Positions 49,940 to 59,312 of a DNA stretch of 64,000 nt are shown one piece after another. Origin of the DNA: Burkholderiales bacterium. Lineage in GTDB: Bacteria; Pseudomonadota; Gammaproteobacteria; Burkholderiales; Burkholderiaceae_E. Under the pieces are notes generated by a model. It did no database searches. It saw nothing but the letters and a program-made list of their open reading frames with translations, and was not told where the DNA came from. The first letter of the stretch is position 1, and each line of letters starts with the position of its first letter. The translations under genes were made by a program, and so were the position numbers. Where the stretch lies: NCBI GenBank assembly GCA_947487165.1, contig CANKWX010000011.1, positions 355 through 64,354 of the forward strand, in the 5' to 3' direction.

Positions 49940-49960
49940 CGCTCAGCCCCTGACGCTCAG
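49933..49960. repeat. 14-bp tandem duplication spanning two convergent stop codons
   Basis: CCCCTGACGCTCAG x2. Copy 1 contains the cytochrome TGA (49937-49939). Copy 2 contains the reverse-strand HiPIP stop (49957-49959). Confidence 0.9.
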
Positions 49961-50274
49961 CCCTTCAGCTTGACGAAGGAGCTGCACCAGCCCGCGTTCG
50001 CGACCAGCTTGTCGACCATCAGGTCACATTCAGCCCAGGCGTCGCTCGGTTTGCCGAGCCATGCCATGCAGCCGCTGCATTTCTCGCCTGCCCCATGCTT
50101 GGGGAAGCGCTTCTTGTCGACCTGACTCGAGTCGTTGCGATAGCCGAGTGAGGCGGCTTTCGGGTCTGCCTCGTCGACTTTCGTCGGGCCGGCCAGCGCC
50201 AGGCCAGAGCAGGTGAGCGTGGCGCCTGCGGCCACGGCGTGAAGCATGAAGGTGCGTCGCTTGATCTGATTCAT
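49957..50274 (-). CDS. High-potential iron-sulfur protein (HiPIP), Tat-exported
   Basis: Twin-arginine signal IKRRTFML and HiPIP Cys pattern C-x2-C...C...GWC. GGAG lies upstream of ATG 50274; the ORF track starts at TTG 50292. Confidence 0.85.
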   Translation of the reverse strand: MNQIKRRTFMLHAVAAGATLTCSGLALAGPTKVDEADPKAASLGYRNDSSQVDKKRFPKHGAGEKCSGCMAWLGKPSDAWAECDLMVDKLVANAGWCSSFVKLKG

Positions 50275-50313
50275 CGTTTGACTCCGTTGCAAGGGGCAGG
50301 TGGAAGGGACAGG

Positions 50314-50339
50314 TAAAAGGGTCGCTGTCGGGCGCGACC
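50314..50339 (-). terminator. Possible terminator directly after the MCP gene
   Basis: On the minus strand: GGTCGC-8 nt-GCGACC followed by CTTTTA, immediately after the MCP stop codon. Confidence 0.35.
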
Positions 50340-51929
50340 TCAGTGGCGGGCGTCGAGTTTGAAGATGCTGACCGACGCCAGCAGCCGGGCGGCCTGATCC
50401 TTCAGGCTTTCCGCGGCCGCTGCCGACTCCTCGACCAGCGCGACGTTCTGCTGGGTCATGCGATCGAGGTCCGAGACCGCGTCACCCACCTGATTGATCC
50501 CGCCGGATTGTTCTTGCGTGGCCGTGCTGATCTCACCGATCAGGACCGCGACCTGACGAACCTGAGTGACCACATCGGTCATCGTGACGCCGGCATCGCT
50601 CACCAGCTTCGAGCCCTGCTCAACGCTGGCCGAGCTGGCGCCGATCAGAGTCTTGATTTCCTGGGCTGCCGAGGCGCTTCGCTGCGCGAGGTTGCGCACT
50701 TCGCTGGCCACGACCGCGAAGCCGCGGCCCTGTTCGCCGGCGCGTGCCGCCTCGACCGCCGCATTGAGCGCGAGAATATTGGTCTGGAAGGCGATGCCGT
50801 CGATCACGCCGATGATGTCGGCGATTCGCCGGCTCGACTCGGTGATCTGCGTCATGGTCTTGACGATCTGCTCGACCGCCGCGCCGCCGCGTGCGGCTGC
50901 CTCGCTCGCGCTGCTTGCCATGTCGCTGGCCTGGCGCGACGACTCGGCGTTGTTCAGCACGGTCGAGCGGATTTCTTCCATCGATGCTGCGGTTTCCTGC
51001 AGATTGCAGGCCTGTTGCTCGGTGCGCCGGCTCAGGTCGTTGTTGCCGCTCGCAATCTCGGATGTGCCGGTGGCGATATGCTCGCTGCCCTGGCGCACCT
51101 GGCTTACCACTTCTTTCAGATGCTGGTTCATCTGGCCCAGCGCCTCGAGCAGCTGACCGCTTTCGTCCTTGTAATGAGCCGGGATGGCGGCGCTCAGGTC
51201 GCCTCGCGCAGCGGTGCGCGCGAGTGTCACTGCTTCGCCGATCGGGCCGGTGATTGATCTGGTGACCAGCCAGGCCAGCACCATGCCGATGGCCAATGCA
51301 CCCGCCACGAAAATCATGAGCATCAGGCGCGCGGTCTTGTAGGACGCCGCCGCGTCTTCGGTGTACTCGTCGCTGGTCTTGGCCTGCAGGCCCGAGAGTG
51401 TTTGCAGCACCGTGATCCAGCGCGCCTGGCGAGGATGCACTTTTTCCATCAGAAAGCCTGCTGCCTCCTCGATCTGCCCGGACATGCCCAGATCGATCGC
51501 CTGCGACATCAGCGCCACCGTTACTTTCTCGCTGCGTTTGATTGCCTCGAAGAGCGCCTTTTCGGCCTCGGATGCGTCATAGCGTTCGATCAGCGCGAGC
51601 AGGTCGGATTCGGCCTTGGCATAGGCTTTGCCGGCCTCCTCGATCGACTGGAGTTCCTGCTTCTTCAGGTCCTTGTCGGACAGCAGGGTCAGGTTGCGGA
51701 TGGCGATGGCGCGCTGGCTGACCGAGTCGATCATCAGGTTGACCGCGGCAATCTGCCGGTTGTTGCCCCCGGTGATGTGAGCCATCCGGCTGTTCATGTC
51801 GGCCATGTGCACGATTGCGAACACTGCCATCGTGGCCATGACGATGAAGACGCCGCCGAAAGCCAGCATCAATCGTGTACCGATGCGCAGGTCGAGCAGC
51901 AGGCCCAGCAGTCTGTGGTGGCGCGGCAT
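50340..51929 (-). CDS. Methyl-accepting chemotaxis protein (4-helix-bundle sensor, HAMP, MA domain)
   Basis: Signalling hairpin [35 protein letters not shown] and two TM helices flanking a periplasmic helical domain. Confidence 0.92.
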   Translation of the reverse strand: MPRHHRLLGLLLDLRIGTRLMLAFGGVFIVMATMAVFAIVHMADMNSRMAHITGGNNRQIAAVNLMIDSVSQRAIAIRNLTLLSDKDLKKQELQSIEEAGKAYAKAESDLLALIERYDASEAEKALFEAIKRSEKVTVALMSQAIDLGMSGQIEEAAGFLMEKVHPRQARWITVLQTLSGLQAKTSDEYTEDAAASYKTARLMLMIFVAGALAIGMVLAWLVTRSITGPIGEAVTLARTAARGDLSAAIPAHYKDESGQLLEALGQMNQHLKEVVSQVRQGSEHIATGTSEIASGNNDLSRRTEQQACNLQETAASMEEIRSTVLNNAESSRQASDMASSASEAAARGGAAVEQIVKTMTQITESSRRIADIIGVIDGIAFQTNILALNAAVEAARAGEQGRGFAVVASEVRNLAQRSASAAQEIKTLIGASSASVEQGSKLVSDAGVTMTDVVTQVRQVAVLIGEISTATQEQSGGINQVGDAVSDLDRMTQQNVALVEESAAAAESLKDQAARLLASVSIFKLDARH

Positions 51930-52065
51930 GGGATGTCCGATGGCAGAGGAGTGTGTCTTAATTGTGAACGGATGGTGACGAGTCGAACCTTGGATCAGCG
52001 GATGTCAGTCCGGGCAATTCAGGCGTTCGGGCGGCCTGCGCCCGCGGACAGCCGGCCACGCCGGG

Positions 52066-52094
52066 TTGACAAGCCGGGTGATCCGATAAATAGT
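52066..52094 (+). promoter_or_regulatory. Sigma70-like promoter of the TetR/beta-oxidation operon
   Basis: TTGACA (52066-52071), a 17-nt spacer, then AATAGT (52089-52094), 28 nt upstream of ATG 52122. Confidence 0.4.
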
Positions 52095-52106
52095 ACGAAC
52101 GTTCGT
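52095..52106. promoter_or_regulatory. Perfect 12-bp palindrome, candidate TetR operator
   Basis: ACGAACGTTCGT is self-complementary. It abuts the predicted -10 box and covers the expected transcription start. The flanks are AT-rich. Confidence 0.45.
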
Positions 52107-52121
52107 TTATATTTCTGATCC

Positions 52122-52766
52122 ATGCGCAAAGGTGAACAGACCCGTTCGGCGATCGTCGCAGCTGCCTGCGAGCTGGCCGCGCGCGCCGGTCTTGAGGGCC
52201 TGACCATCGGCGCGCTCGCCGAGCGCATGCAAATGAGCAAGAGCGGCGTCTTTGCGCACTTCGGTTCGCGCGAAGACCTGCAGATCGCCGTGCTCAAGGC
52301 CTATGAGCAGCACTTCGTCGAAGAAGTGCTGGTGCCGGGCCTGAGCGCGCCGCGCGGCCTGCCCCGTCTGCGCGCCATCTTTGCGCTCTGGCTCGACCGC
52401 ACCGCGGTGGATGCAGCCAGTGCCTGCATCTGGATCTCGGGTGCCAGCGAATACGACGATCGACCGGGGCCGGTGCGAGACGAACTGGTCCGCATGGTGC
52501 TGTCGTGGCAGCGCGAACTGACGCGCGCGATCCAGCAGTCGATTGAGACCGGCGAATTGCGGGCCGACGCTGATCCGGGCGATCTGGTCTTCGATCTCTA
52601 TGGCGTCATCCTGGTGCTGCACCATGACGCCCGACTGATGGCCCGCGCCGATTCGGTGACCCGTGCGCGGCGGGCCTTCGATCGTCTGATTGCCGCTTAT
52701 CTGGCCACGCCTGCCGCAACGTCGCGATCGGCAAGCACCCGGCCAGCCTCGCCACTGACACACTGA
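52122..52766 (+). CDS. TetR/AcrR family transcriptional regulator
   Basis: HTH region LTIGALAERMQMSKSGVFAHFGSREDLQ. First gene of the beta-oxidation cluster. Confidence 0.88.
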   Translation: MRKGEQTRSAIVAAACELAARAGLEGLTIGALAERMQMSKSGVFAHFGSREDLQIAVLKAYEQHFVEEVLVPGLSAPRGLPRLRAIFALWLDRTAVDAASACIWISGASEYDDRPGPVRDELVRMVLSWQRELTRAIQQSIETGELRADADPGDLVFDLYGVILVLHHDARLMARADSVTRARRAFDRLIAAYLATPAATSRSASTRPASPLTH

Positions 52767-52800
52767 TCTCGACCTGCGATCGCCTCACACCCTTCAATCG

Positions 52801-52828
52801 CTCTCACCGACCCGCCTCTCACCGACCC
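52801..52828. repeat. 13-bp direct repeat x2 upstream of the long ACAD gene
   Basis: CTCTCACCGACCC-gc-CTCTCACCGACCC, ending 20 nt before ATG 52849. Confidence 0.85.
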
Positions 52829-52848
52829 CTTTTTCAGGAAAACCCGCC

Positions 52849-54648
52849 ATGCCCCAGTACACCCCGCCCCTTCGCGACATGCAGTTCGTGCTGCATGAGG
52901 TTCTCGGCACCACCGAGCGGCTGCGCGAGTTGCCGCAGCATGCCGATGTCACCCGCGAACTCACCGATCAGGTGATCGAAGAGGGCGGCAAGTTCTGCGC
53001 CGAAGTGCTGTTTCCGATCAACCGCAGCGGCGACGAGGAAGGCTGCACCTATGCCGGCAACGGTGTCGTCACCACCCCCAAGGGCTTCAAGGAAGCCTGG
53101 ACGCTCTTCAAGGAAGGCGGCTGGCCCACACTGACCTGTGACCCGGCCTATGGCGGCCAGGGCTTGCCGGCCACAGTCGGCATCGCCTTCCAGGAAATGC
53201 TCAATGCCGCCAACCAGGCCTGGGCGATGTATCCCGGCCTGACCCATGGCGCCTATAACTGTCTGATGGAGCACGGCACCGAAGCGCAAAAAGCGCTCTA
53301 TCTGCCGCGCATGGTGTCAGGCGAATGGACCGGCACGATGTGCCTGACTGAGCCCCACTGCGGCACCGACCTCGGCATGCTGCGCAGCCGCGCCGAGCCT
53401 CAGGCCGATGGCAGCTTTGCGATCACCGGCACCAAGATCTTCATCTCGTCGGGTGAGCACGATCTGGCCGACAACATCGTCCATCTGGTGCTGGCCCGAC
53501 TGCCCGACGCGCCCGCCGGCACCCGCGGCATCTCACTCTTCATTGTGCCCAAGTTCATCCCCGATGCCGCTGGCGCGCTGGGCGCACGCAACGGCATCAC
53601 CTGCGGTCGCATCGAAGAAAAGATGGGCATCCACGGCAATGCCACCTGCGAGATGAACCTGGTGGGTGCCTTGGGCTGGATGGTCGGTGAGCCCAACAAG
53701 GGGCTCAATGCGATGTTCATCATGATGAACGCCGCGCGCATCGGGGTGGGCATGCAGTCGGTGGGCCTGATGGATGTGGCCTATCAGAACTCGCTCGCCT
53801 ATGCCCGCGACCGCCTGCAGTCACGCGCCCTCACCGGCGCGAAAGCGCCCGAGAAAGCCGCCGATCCGATCATCGTGCATCCGGATGTCCGCCGCATGCT
53901 GCTCACGCAAAAGGCGTGGGCTGAAGGCTCGCGCTGCTTTGCCTACTGGCTGGCGCTGCAAGTCGATGTGGCGCATTCGCATCCCGACGAGGCGCAGCGC
54001 AAGGCTGCCAATGACCTGCTCGCCCTGCTCACGCCGGTGGTCAAGGCCTTCATCACCGACAACGCCTTCACCACCACCAACATGGCGCTGCAGGTTTATG
54101 GCGGCCATGGCTATATCCGGGAGTGGGGCATCGAGCAACACGTGCGCGACGCCCGCATCAACATGATCTACGAGGGCACCAACACCATCCAGTCGCTTGA
54201 TCTGCTCGGTCGCAAGGTGCTGGGCGACAACGGCGCCAGGCTGCGTGCCTTCGGCGAGATGATCAAGGCCTTCGTCGAAGAAGAGGGCACCAGCGAGGCG
54301 ATGGCCGACTTCGTCAACCCGCTGGCCGATCTGGGCGAAAAGGTCACCAAGCTCACGATGGAAATCGGCATGAAAGCCTTCCAGAGCCCGGATGAAGCCG
54401 GTGCGGCCGCGGTCGACTATCTGCGCATCGTCGGCCACCTGGTTTATTCGTACTTCTGGGCGCGCATGGCCCGCGTGGCGCTCACCCGTATCGAGGCCGA
54501 CGGCGACAAGGTCGAGCCCTTCTACACCGCCAAGCTCGCCACCGCGCGGTTTTACTTCGCCAAACTGCAGCCCGAAACCGCCTCCCTCATCCAGAGCGCG
54601 CGCAGCGGTGCGGGCTCGCTGATGGCGTTGCCCGCCGAACTGTTCTGA
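52849..54648 (+). CDS. Long acyl-CoA dehydrogenase with C-terminal extension (FadE-like)
   Basis: 599-aa ACAD. Catalytic region MIYEGTNTIQ, C-terminal helical domain ...TARFYFAKLQPE. Confidence 0.9.
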   Translation: MPQYTPPLRDMQFVLHEVLGTTERLRELPQHADVTRELTDQVIEEGGKFCAEVLFPINRSGDEEGCTYAGNGVVTTPKGFKEAWTLFKEGGWPTLTCDPAYGGQGLPATVGIAFQEMLNAANQAWAMYPGLTHGAYNCLMEHGTEAQKALYLPRMVSGEWTGTMCLTEPHCGTDLGMLRSRAEPQADGSFAITGTKIFISSGEHDLADNIVHLVLARLPDAPAGTRGISLFIVPKFIPDAAGALGARNGITCGRIEEKMGIHGNATCEMNLVGALGWMVGEPNKGLNAMFIMMNAARIGVGMQSVGLMDVAYQNSLAYARDRLQSRALTGAKAPEKAADPIIVHPDVRRMLLTQKAWAEGSRCFAYWLALQVDVAHSHPDEAQRKAANDLLALLTPVVKAFITDNAFTTTNMALQVYGGHGYIREWGIEQHVRDARINMIYEGTNTIQSLDLLGRKVLGDNGARLRAFGEMIKAFVEEEGTSEAMADFVNPLADLGEKVTKLTMEIGMKAFQSPDEAGAAAVDYLRIVGHLVYSYFWARMARVALTRIEADGDKVEPFYTAKLATARFYFAKLQPETASLIQSARSGAGSLMALPAELF

Positions 54649-54675
54649 TCCCTTTTCCTCGACACGGAGACTGTC

Positions 54676-55134
54676 TTGTCTGATTGCATTCGTTTTCTCG
54701 CGGCCGCCGTTCTGATTGCTGGCGTCACGCCGGCGATGGCTCAGTCGACCACGGTGCCCACCGACAGCCCGGTCGGCCTGTGGAAGACCATCGACGAAGC
54801 CACCAAGCAGCCCAAGGCGCTGATCCGCATCAGCGATCAGGGCGGGGCGCTGGTCGGCAAGATCGAAAAGATCCTGGTGCCTAACGGCGCCGATGCGCTC
54901 TGCGATCAGTGCACCGATCAGCGCAAGGACAAGCCGATCCAGGGCATGACCATCCTGAGCGGGCTGAAAAAGGACGGCCAGGAATGGACCGGCGGCGAAA
55001 TCCTCGATCCCAACAACGGCAAGGTCTACAAGGCGATGGCCAAGCTTGCCGATGGCGGCAGAAAGCTTGAGGTCAGGGGCTTTGTTGGCGTCCCCACGCT
55101 CGGTCGCACCCAGTCGTGGCTGCGCGAGAACTGA
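54676..55134 (+). CDS. DUF2147 domain-containing secreted protein
   Basis: Signal peptide (..PAMAQ), then GLWKTID...GKIEKIL...C..C...PIQGM...ILDPNNGKVY...VRGF...GRTQSW. TTG start with GGAGA upstream. Confidence 0.75.
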   Translation: MSDCIRFLAAAVLIAGVTPAMAQSTTVPTDSPVGLWKTIDEATKQPKALIRISDQGGALVGKIEKILVPNGADALCDQCTDQRKDKPIQGMTILSGLKKDGQEWTGGEILDPNNGKVYKAMAKLADGGRKLEVRGFVGVPTLGRTQSWLREN

Positions 55135-55190
55135 TCACCGCGCACCGCTGATGGCGTTGTGCACACCGCAAGAATTCTTCAGGAGAAATC

Positions 55191-57599
55191 ATGAGCCGAT
55201 TCATCGTTCGCAAAGTGGCGGTGCTGGGCGCCGGGGTGATGGGTGCGCAGATCGCGGCCCATCTGGTCAATGCCCGGGTCGAGGTGATGCTGTTCGATCT
55301 GCCTGCGAAAGAAGGCAACAAGAGTGCGATTGCCATCAAGGCGATCGAAGGCCTGAAAAAGCTCAATCCGGCGCCGCTGGGCACGCCTGAGCTTGCCGCC
55401 TTCATTGAGCCTGCCAACTACGACGAGCATCTCGAGGCGCTGCGCGGCTGCGACCTGGTGATCGAGGCGATCGCCGAGCGCATGGACTGGAAACACGATC
55501 TCTATCGCAAGGTCGCGCCCTTCCTCGCGCCGGATGCGATCTTCGCCTCCAATACCTCGGGGCTGTCGATCACGGCGCTGTCGGAAGGCTTTGACGATGC
55601 GCTCAAGCAGCGCTTTTGCGGCGTGCACTTTTTCAACCCGCCGCGCTACATGCATCTGGTCGAACTGATTCCGACCGCCGCCACCGATCCGGCCATCCTC
55701 GACCGGCTCGAGACCTTCCTCACCACTACCCTTGGCAAGGGCGTGGTGCGCGCCCGCGACACACCCAATTTCATCGGCAACCGCGTGGGCATCTTCGGCC
55801 TGCTGGCGACCGTCGTGGAGGCCGCTAAGTTCGGCCTGCCGGTTGATGTGGTCGATGACCTCACCGGCGAGAAGATGGGCCGCGCAAAATCCGGCACCTT
55901 TCGCACCGCCGATGTGGTGGGTCTGGACACCCTGGGCCATGTGATCAAGACCATGCAGGACACGCTCAAGGGCGATGCCTTCGAAGCGGTCTATGCCACC
56001 CCGCCGCTGCTTGCCGGCCTGCTCGCCAAGGGCGCGCTCGGTCAGAAGACCGGCGCGGGCTTTTATCGCAAGGTCGGCAAAGACATTGAGCGTATCGATG
56101 CGGCCACTGCCGACTATGTCGTCGCCGGCGGCAAGGCCGACGAGACCGTGGTCCGCATTCTCAAGAAAAAAGAGCCTGCCGAGCGGATCAAACTGCTGCG
56201 CGAATCGACCAACCCGCAGGCGCAATTCGTCTGGTCGATCCTGCGTGATTCATGGCACTACGCGGCGATCAACCTCGAATCGATTGCCGACAGCGCGCGC
56301 GATGTCGATCTGGCGATGCGCTGGGGTTTTGGCGCCAAGGAGGGGCCTTTCGAGGCCTGGCAGGCGGCTGGCTGGACGCAGGTCGCGCAATGGATCCGCG
56401 AGGACATCGATGCCGGCAAGACGCTGGCTGCCGTGCCGCTGCCCGCCTGGGTCTTCGAAGGGCCGGTGGCCGAGCGCGGCGGGCCGTTTCAGCCCGAGGG
56501 TGCCTGGTCGCCGCAAGCTGCGACATTCGTTGGTCGCTCGACGCTGCCGGTCTATGAGCGCCAGCTCTTTCGCGCACCGGTGCCGGCCGAAAGCGCGGCC
56601 CGTCCGCAGCTTGCCGGCACCACCGTGCATGAAGACGACTCGGTGCGTCTTTGGACCCTCGATGGCGGCAGCATCGACGGTGTGCTGATCCTGTCGATCA
56701 AGACCAAGGTGCATGCGATCGGGCCGGGCGTGATCGAAGGGCTGCTCAAGGCGCTCGATCTGGCCGAGCAGCACTATCGCGGTCTGGTGATCTGGTCGCC
56801 CGATGAGCCTTTTTCTTATGGCGCCGATCTGCAGGCGATGCTGCCGCTCTTCATGTCGGGTGGCGTCAAGGCCATCGAGCCGGCCGAAAAAGCGCTGCAG
56901 GACGCCATGCTCAGGCTGCGCTATGCGCAGGTGCCCACCGTTGCGGCAGTGGCCGGCATGGCGCTGGGCGGTGGCTGCGAACTCGCGGTCTATTGCGCCC
57001 GCAGGGTGGCGAGCATCGAGAGCTATATCGGTCTGGTCGAGGTCGGTGTGGGGCTGGTGCCGGGTGGCGGGGGGCTGGCCTATGGCGCACGCCGTGCTTC
57101 CGAAGAAAGCCAGGCCGCGCCCGATGCGCCGCTGATGGGCTTCGTTCGCAAGTACTTCACTGCGGCGGCAACCGCCCAGGTCAGCCGCTCGGCGATCGAG
57201 GCGCAGCAGTTGGGTTATCTGGTCGAGGGCGACCGCGTGGTGTTCAACTCGCACGAGCTGCTCTATGTCGCAGCACGCGAGGCGCTTGCCATGAGCGATG
57301 CCGGCTGGCGTGCGCCGCGCAAGGCGCTGATCAAGGTGGCCGGCCGTCCAGGGGTGGCGACCATCATGGCGCAGCTGGTGAATATGCGCGACGGCGGCTT
57401 CATCAGCGCACACGACTATCACCTGGGCAAGACAATTGCCGAGGTGATGTGCGGCGGCGATGTCGAGGCCGATTCGATGGTCGACGAGCACTGGCTGATG
57501 ACGCTGGAGCGCAAGGCCTTCATGGGGTTGCTCACGCATCCCAAGACCCAGGAGCGGATCATGGGAATGATGCAGACCGGCAAGCCGGTGCGTAACTGA
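55191..57599 (+). CDS. Fused 3-hydroxyacyl-CoA dehydrogenase / enoyl-CoA hydratase (802 aa)
   Basis: N-terminal Rossmann VAVLGAGVMGAQIAAH with HFFNPP. C-terminal crotonase AVAGMALGGGCELAV. Confidence 0.92.
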   Translation: MSRFIVRKVAVLGAGVMGAQIAAHLVNARVEVMLFDLPAKEGNKSAIAIKAIEGLKKLNPAPLGTPELAAFIEPANYDEHLEALRGCDLVIEAIAERMDWKHDLYRKVAPFLAPDAIFASNTSGLSITALSEGFDDALKQRFCGVHFFNPPRYMHLVELIPTAATDPAILDRLETFLTTTLGKGVVRARDTPNFIGNRVGIFGLLATVVEAAKFGLPVDVVDDLTGEKMGRAKSGTFRTADVVGLDTLGHVIKTMQDTLKGDAFEAVYATPPLLAGLLAKGALGQKTGAGFYRKVGKDIERIDAATADYVVAGGKADETVVRILKKKEPAERIKLLRESTNPQAQFVWSILRDSWHYAAINLESIADSARDVDLAMRWGFGAKEGPFEAWQAAGWTQVAQWIREDIDAGKTLAAVPLPAWVFEGPVAERGGPFQPEGAWSPQAATFVGRSTLPVYERQLFRAPVPAESAARPQLAGTTVHEDDSVRLWTLDGGSIDGVLILSIKTKVHAIGPGVIEGLLKALDLAEQHYRGLVIWSPDEPFSYGADLQAMLPLFMSGGVKAIEPAEKALQDAMLRLRYAQVPTVAAVAGMALGGGCELAVYCARRVASIESYIGLVEVGVGLVPGGGGLAYGARRASEESQAAPDAPLMGFVRKYFTAAATAQVSRSAIEAQQLGYLVEGDRVVFNSHELLYVAAREALAMSDAGWRAPRKALIKVAGRPGVATIMAQLVNMRDGGFISAHDYHLGKTIAEVMCGGDVEADSMVDEHWLMTLERKAFMGLLTHPKTQERIMGMMQTGKPVRN

Positions 57600-57667
57600 G
57601 CGCACCGCAAGTCATTCGCCACGACAACCCATAACGACTCACCGAGCCCACTTCCGGAGCACGACTC

Positions 57668-58867
57668 ATGAGCAGACCCATTCAGGACGCCTACATCGTT
57701 GCCGCCTCGCGCACACCGATCGGCAAAGCGCCCAAGGGCGCCTTTCGCAACATCCGCCCCGACGATCTGATGGTCGTCGCCCTGCGCGCAGCCCTGGCGC
57801 AAGTTCCCTCGCTCGACCCGGCCACCATCGAAGATGCGATCGTCGGCTGCGCGATTCCTGAGGGCGAGCAGGGCCTCAATGTCGGGCGAATCGCGGCCCT
57901 TCTGGCCGGCCTGCCCAACACGGTCGGCGGCGTCACCGTCAACCGCTTTTGCGCCTCCGGCCTGACCGCGCTGGCCATGGCCGCCGACCGCATCCGGGTT
58001 GGCGAAGCCGAGGTGATGATCGCCGCCGGCTGCGAATCGATGAGCATGGTGCCGATGATGGGCAACGCGCCGTCGATGAACATGCATGTCTTCGATCGCA
58101 GCGAGAACCTCGGCATCGCCTATGGCATGGGCCTGACCGCCGAGAAGGTGGCCACGCAATGGAAGGTTTCGCGCGAAGACCAGGACGCGTTTGCGGTCGA
58201 GTCGCATCGCCGCGCGCTGGCCGCCCAAGCGGCGGGCGAGTTTGCCGATGAAATCTGCCCGGTCGAGGCGGTCGAAAAGTTTCCCGATCTGGCCTCGGGC
58301 GATGTCGCGGTCAGCAGCCGCACCGTCACGCTCGACGAGGGTCCGCGAGCCGACACCTCGCTTGAGGGCCTGGCCCGCCTGCGGCCGGTCTTTGCCGCCA
58401 AAGGCAGCGTGACTGCCGGCAACAGCTCGCAGATGTCCGATGGCGCAGGCGCACTCATCGTGGTCTCCGAGCGCATCCTCAGGCAGTTCAATCTCACGCC
58501 GCTGGCACGCTTCGTGTCGTTCTCGGTGCGTGGTGTGCCGCCCGAGATCATGGGTATCGGCCCAAAAGAGGCGATTCCGGCGGCACTCAAGACCGCCGGG
58601 CTCAAGCAGGACGACATCGGCTGGATCGAACTTAACGAGGCTTTTGCCGCGCAGTCGCTGGCGGTGATTCGCGACCTCGGTCTTGATGCCGCCCGCGTCA
58701 ATCCGATGGGGGGTGCCATTGCGCTGGGCCATCCGCTGGGGGCCACCGGTGCGATCCGCGCGGCCACGGTCGTGCATGCATTGCGACGTCGTCGCCTCAA
58801 GTACGGCATGGTGACCATGTGCGTGGGCACCGGCATGGGTGCGGCCGGCATCCTCGAGCGGATGTAA
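57668..58867 (+). CDS. Acetyl-CoA C-acyltransferase (3-ketoacyl-CoA thiolase)
   Basis: Active-site NRFCASGL, NEAFAAQ, GHPLGATG and CVGTGMG motifs. Confidence 0.93.
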   Translation: MSRPIQDAYIVAASRTPIGKAPKGAFRNIRPDDLMVVALRAALAQVPSLDPATIEDAIVGCAIPEGEQGLNVGRIAALLAGLPNTVGGVTVNRFCASGLTALAMAADRIRVGEAEVMIAAGCESMSMVPMMGNAPSMNMHVFDRSENLGIAYGMGLTAEKVATQWKVSREDQDAFAVESHRRALAAQAAGEFADEICPVEAVEKFPDLASGDVAVSSRTVTLDEGPRADTSLEGLARLRPVFAAKGSVTAGNSSQMSDGAGALIVVSERILRQFNLTPLARFVSFSVRGVPPEIMGIGPKEAIPAALKTAGLKQDDIGWIELNEAFAAQSLAVIRDLGLDAARVNPMGGAIALGHPLGATGAIRAATVVHALRRRRLKYGMVTMCVGTGMGAAGILERM

Positions 58868-58877
58868 GGGACGAACG

Positions 58878-59312
58878 ATGAGCGTCCATCGCATCGATCG
58901 CGATCCGGCTTATTTCAACAAGCTGAGTCAGGGCTGCCTGCCCGGGCTGCTGGGCGTGCAGATTCTGCAGGTCGGGCAGGGCGTGCTGCGGGCCGAGCTC
59001 GCGATTGAAGCCCGACACTTTGCCGCCAACGGTTTTCTGCATGCCGGCACGGTAGTGACGCTGGCCGACTCCGGTGCCGGCTATGCCTGCGTGGCGCACC
59101 TGCCCGAGGGCGCCTCGGGCTTTACCACGGTCGAGCTCAAGTCCAACCATCTCGGCACAGCGCGCGAGGGCCGAATTCTTGCCGAAGTGCGCAGCGCGCA
59201 TCTCGGGCGCACCACGCAGGTCTGGGATGCCACCGTGAGCCATGTCGAGACCGGCAAGACGATTGCGCTGTTTCGCTGCACGCAGATGATCCTCTGGCCC
59301 AAGGGGTCGTGA
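58878..59312 (+). CDS. PaaI-family hotdog thioesterase
   Basis: ANGFLHAGTVVTLADSGAG core. ATG 58878 inside ORF 58839-59312. Confidence 0.8.
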   Translation: MSVHRIDRDPAYFNKLSQGCLPGLLGVQILQVGQGVLRAELAIEARHFAANGFLHAGTVVTLADSGAGYACVAHLPEGASGFTTVELKSNHLGTAREGRILAEVRSAHLGRTTQVWDATVSHVETGKTIALFRCTQMILWPKGS

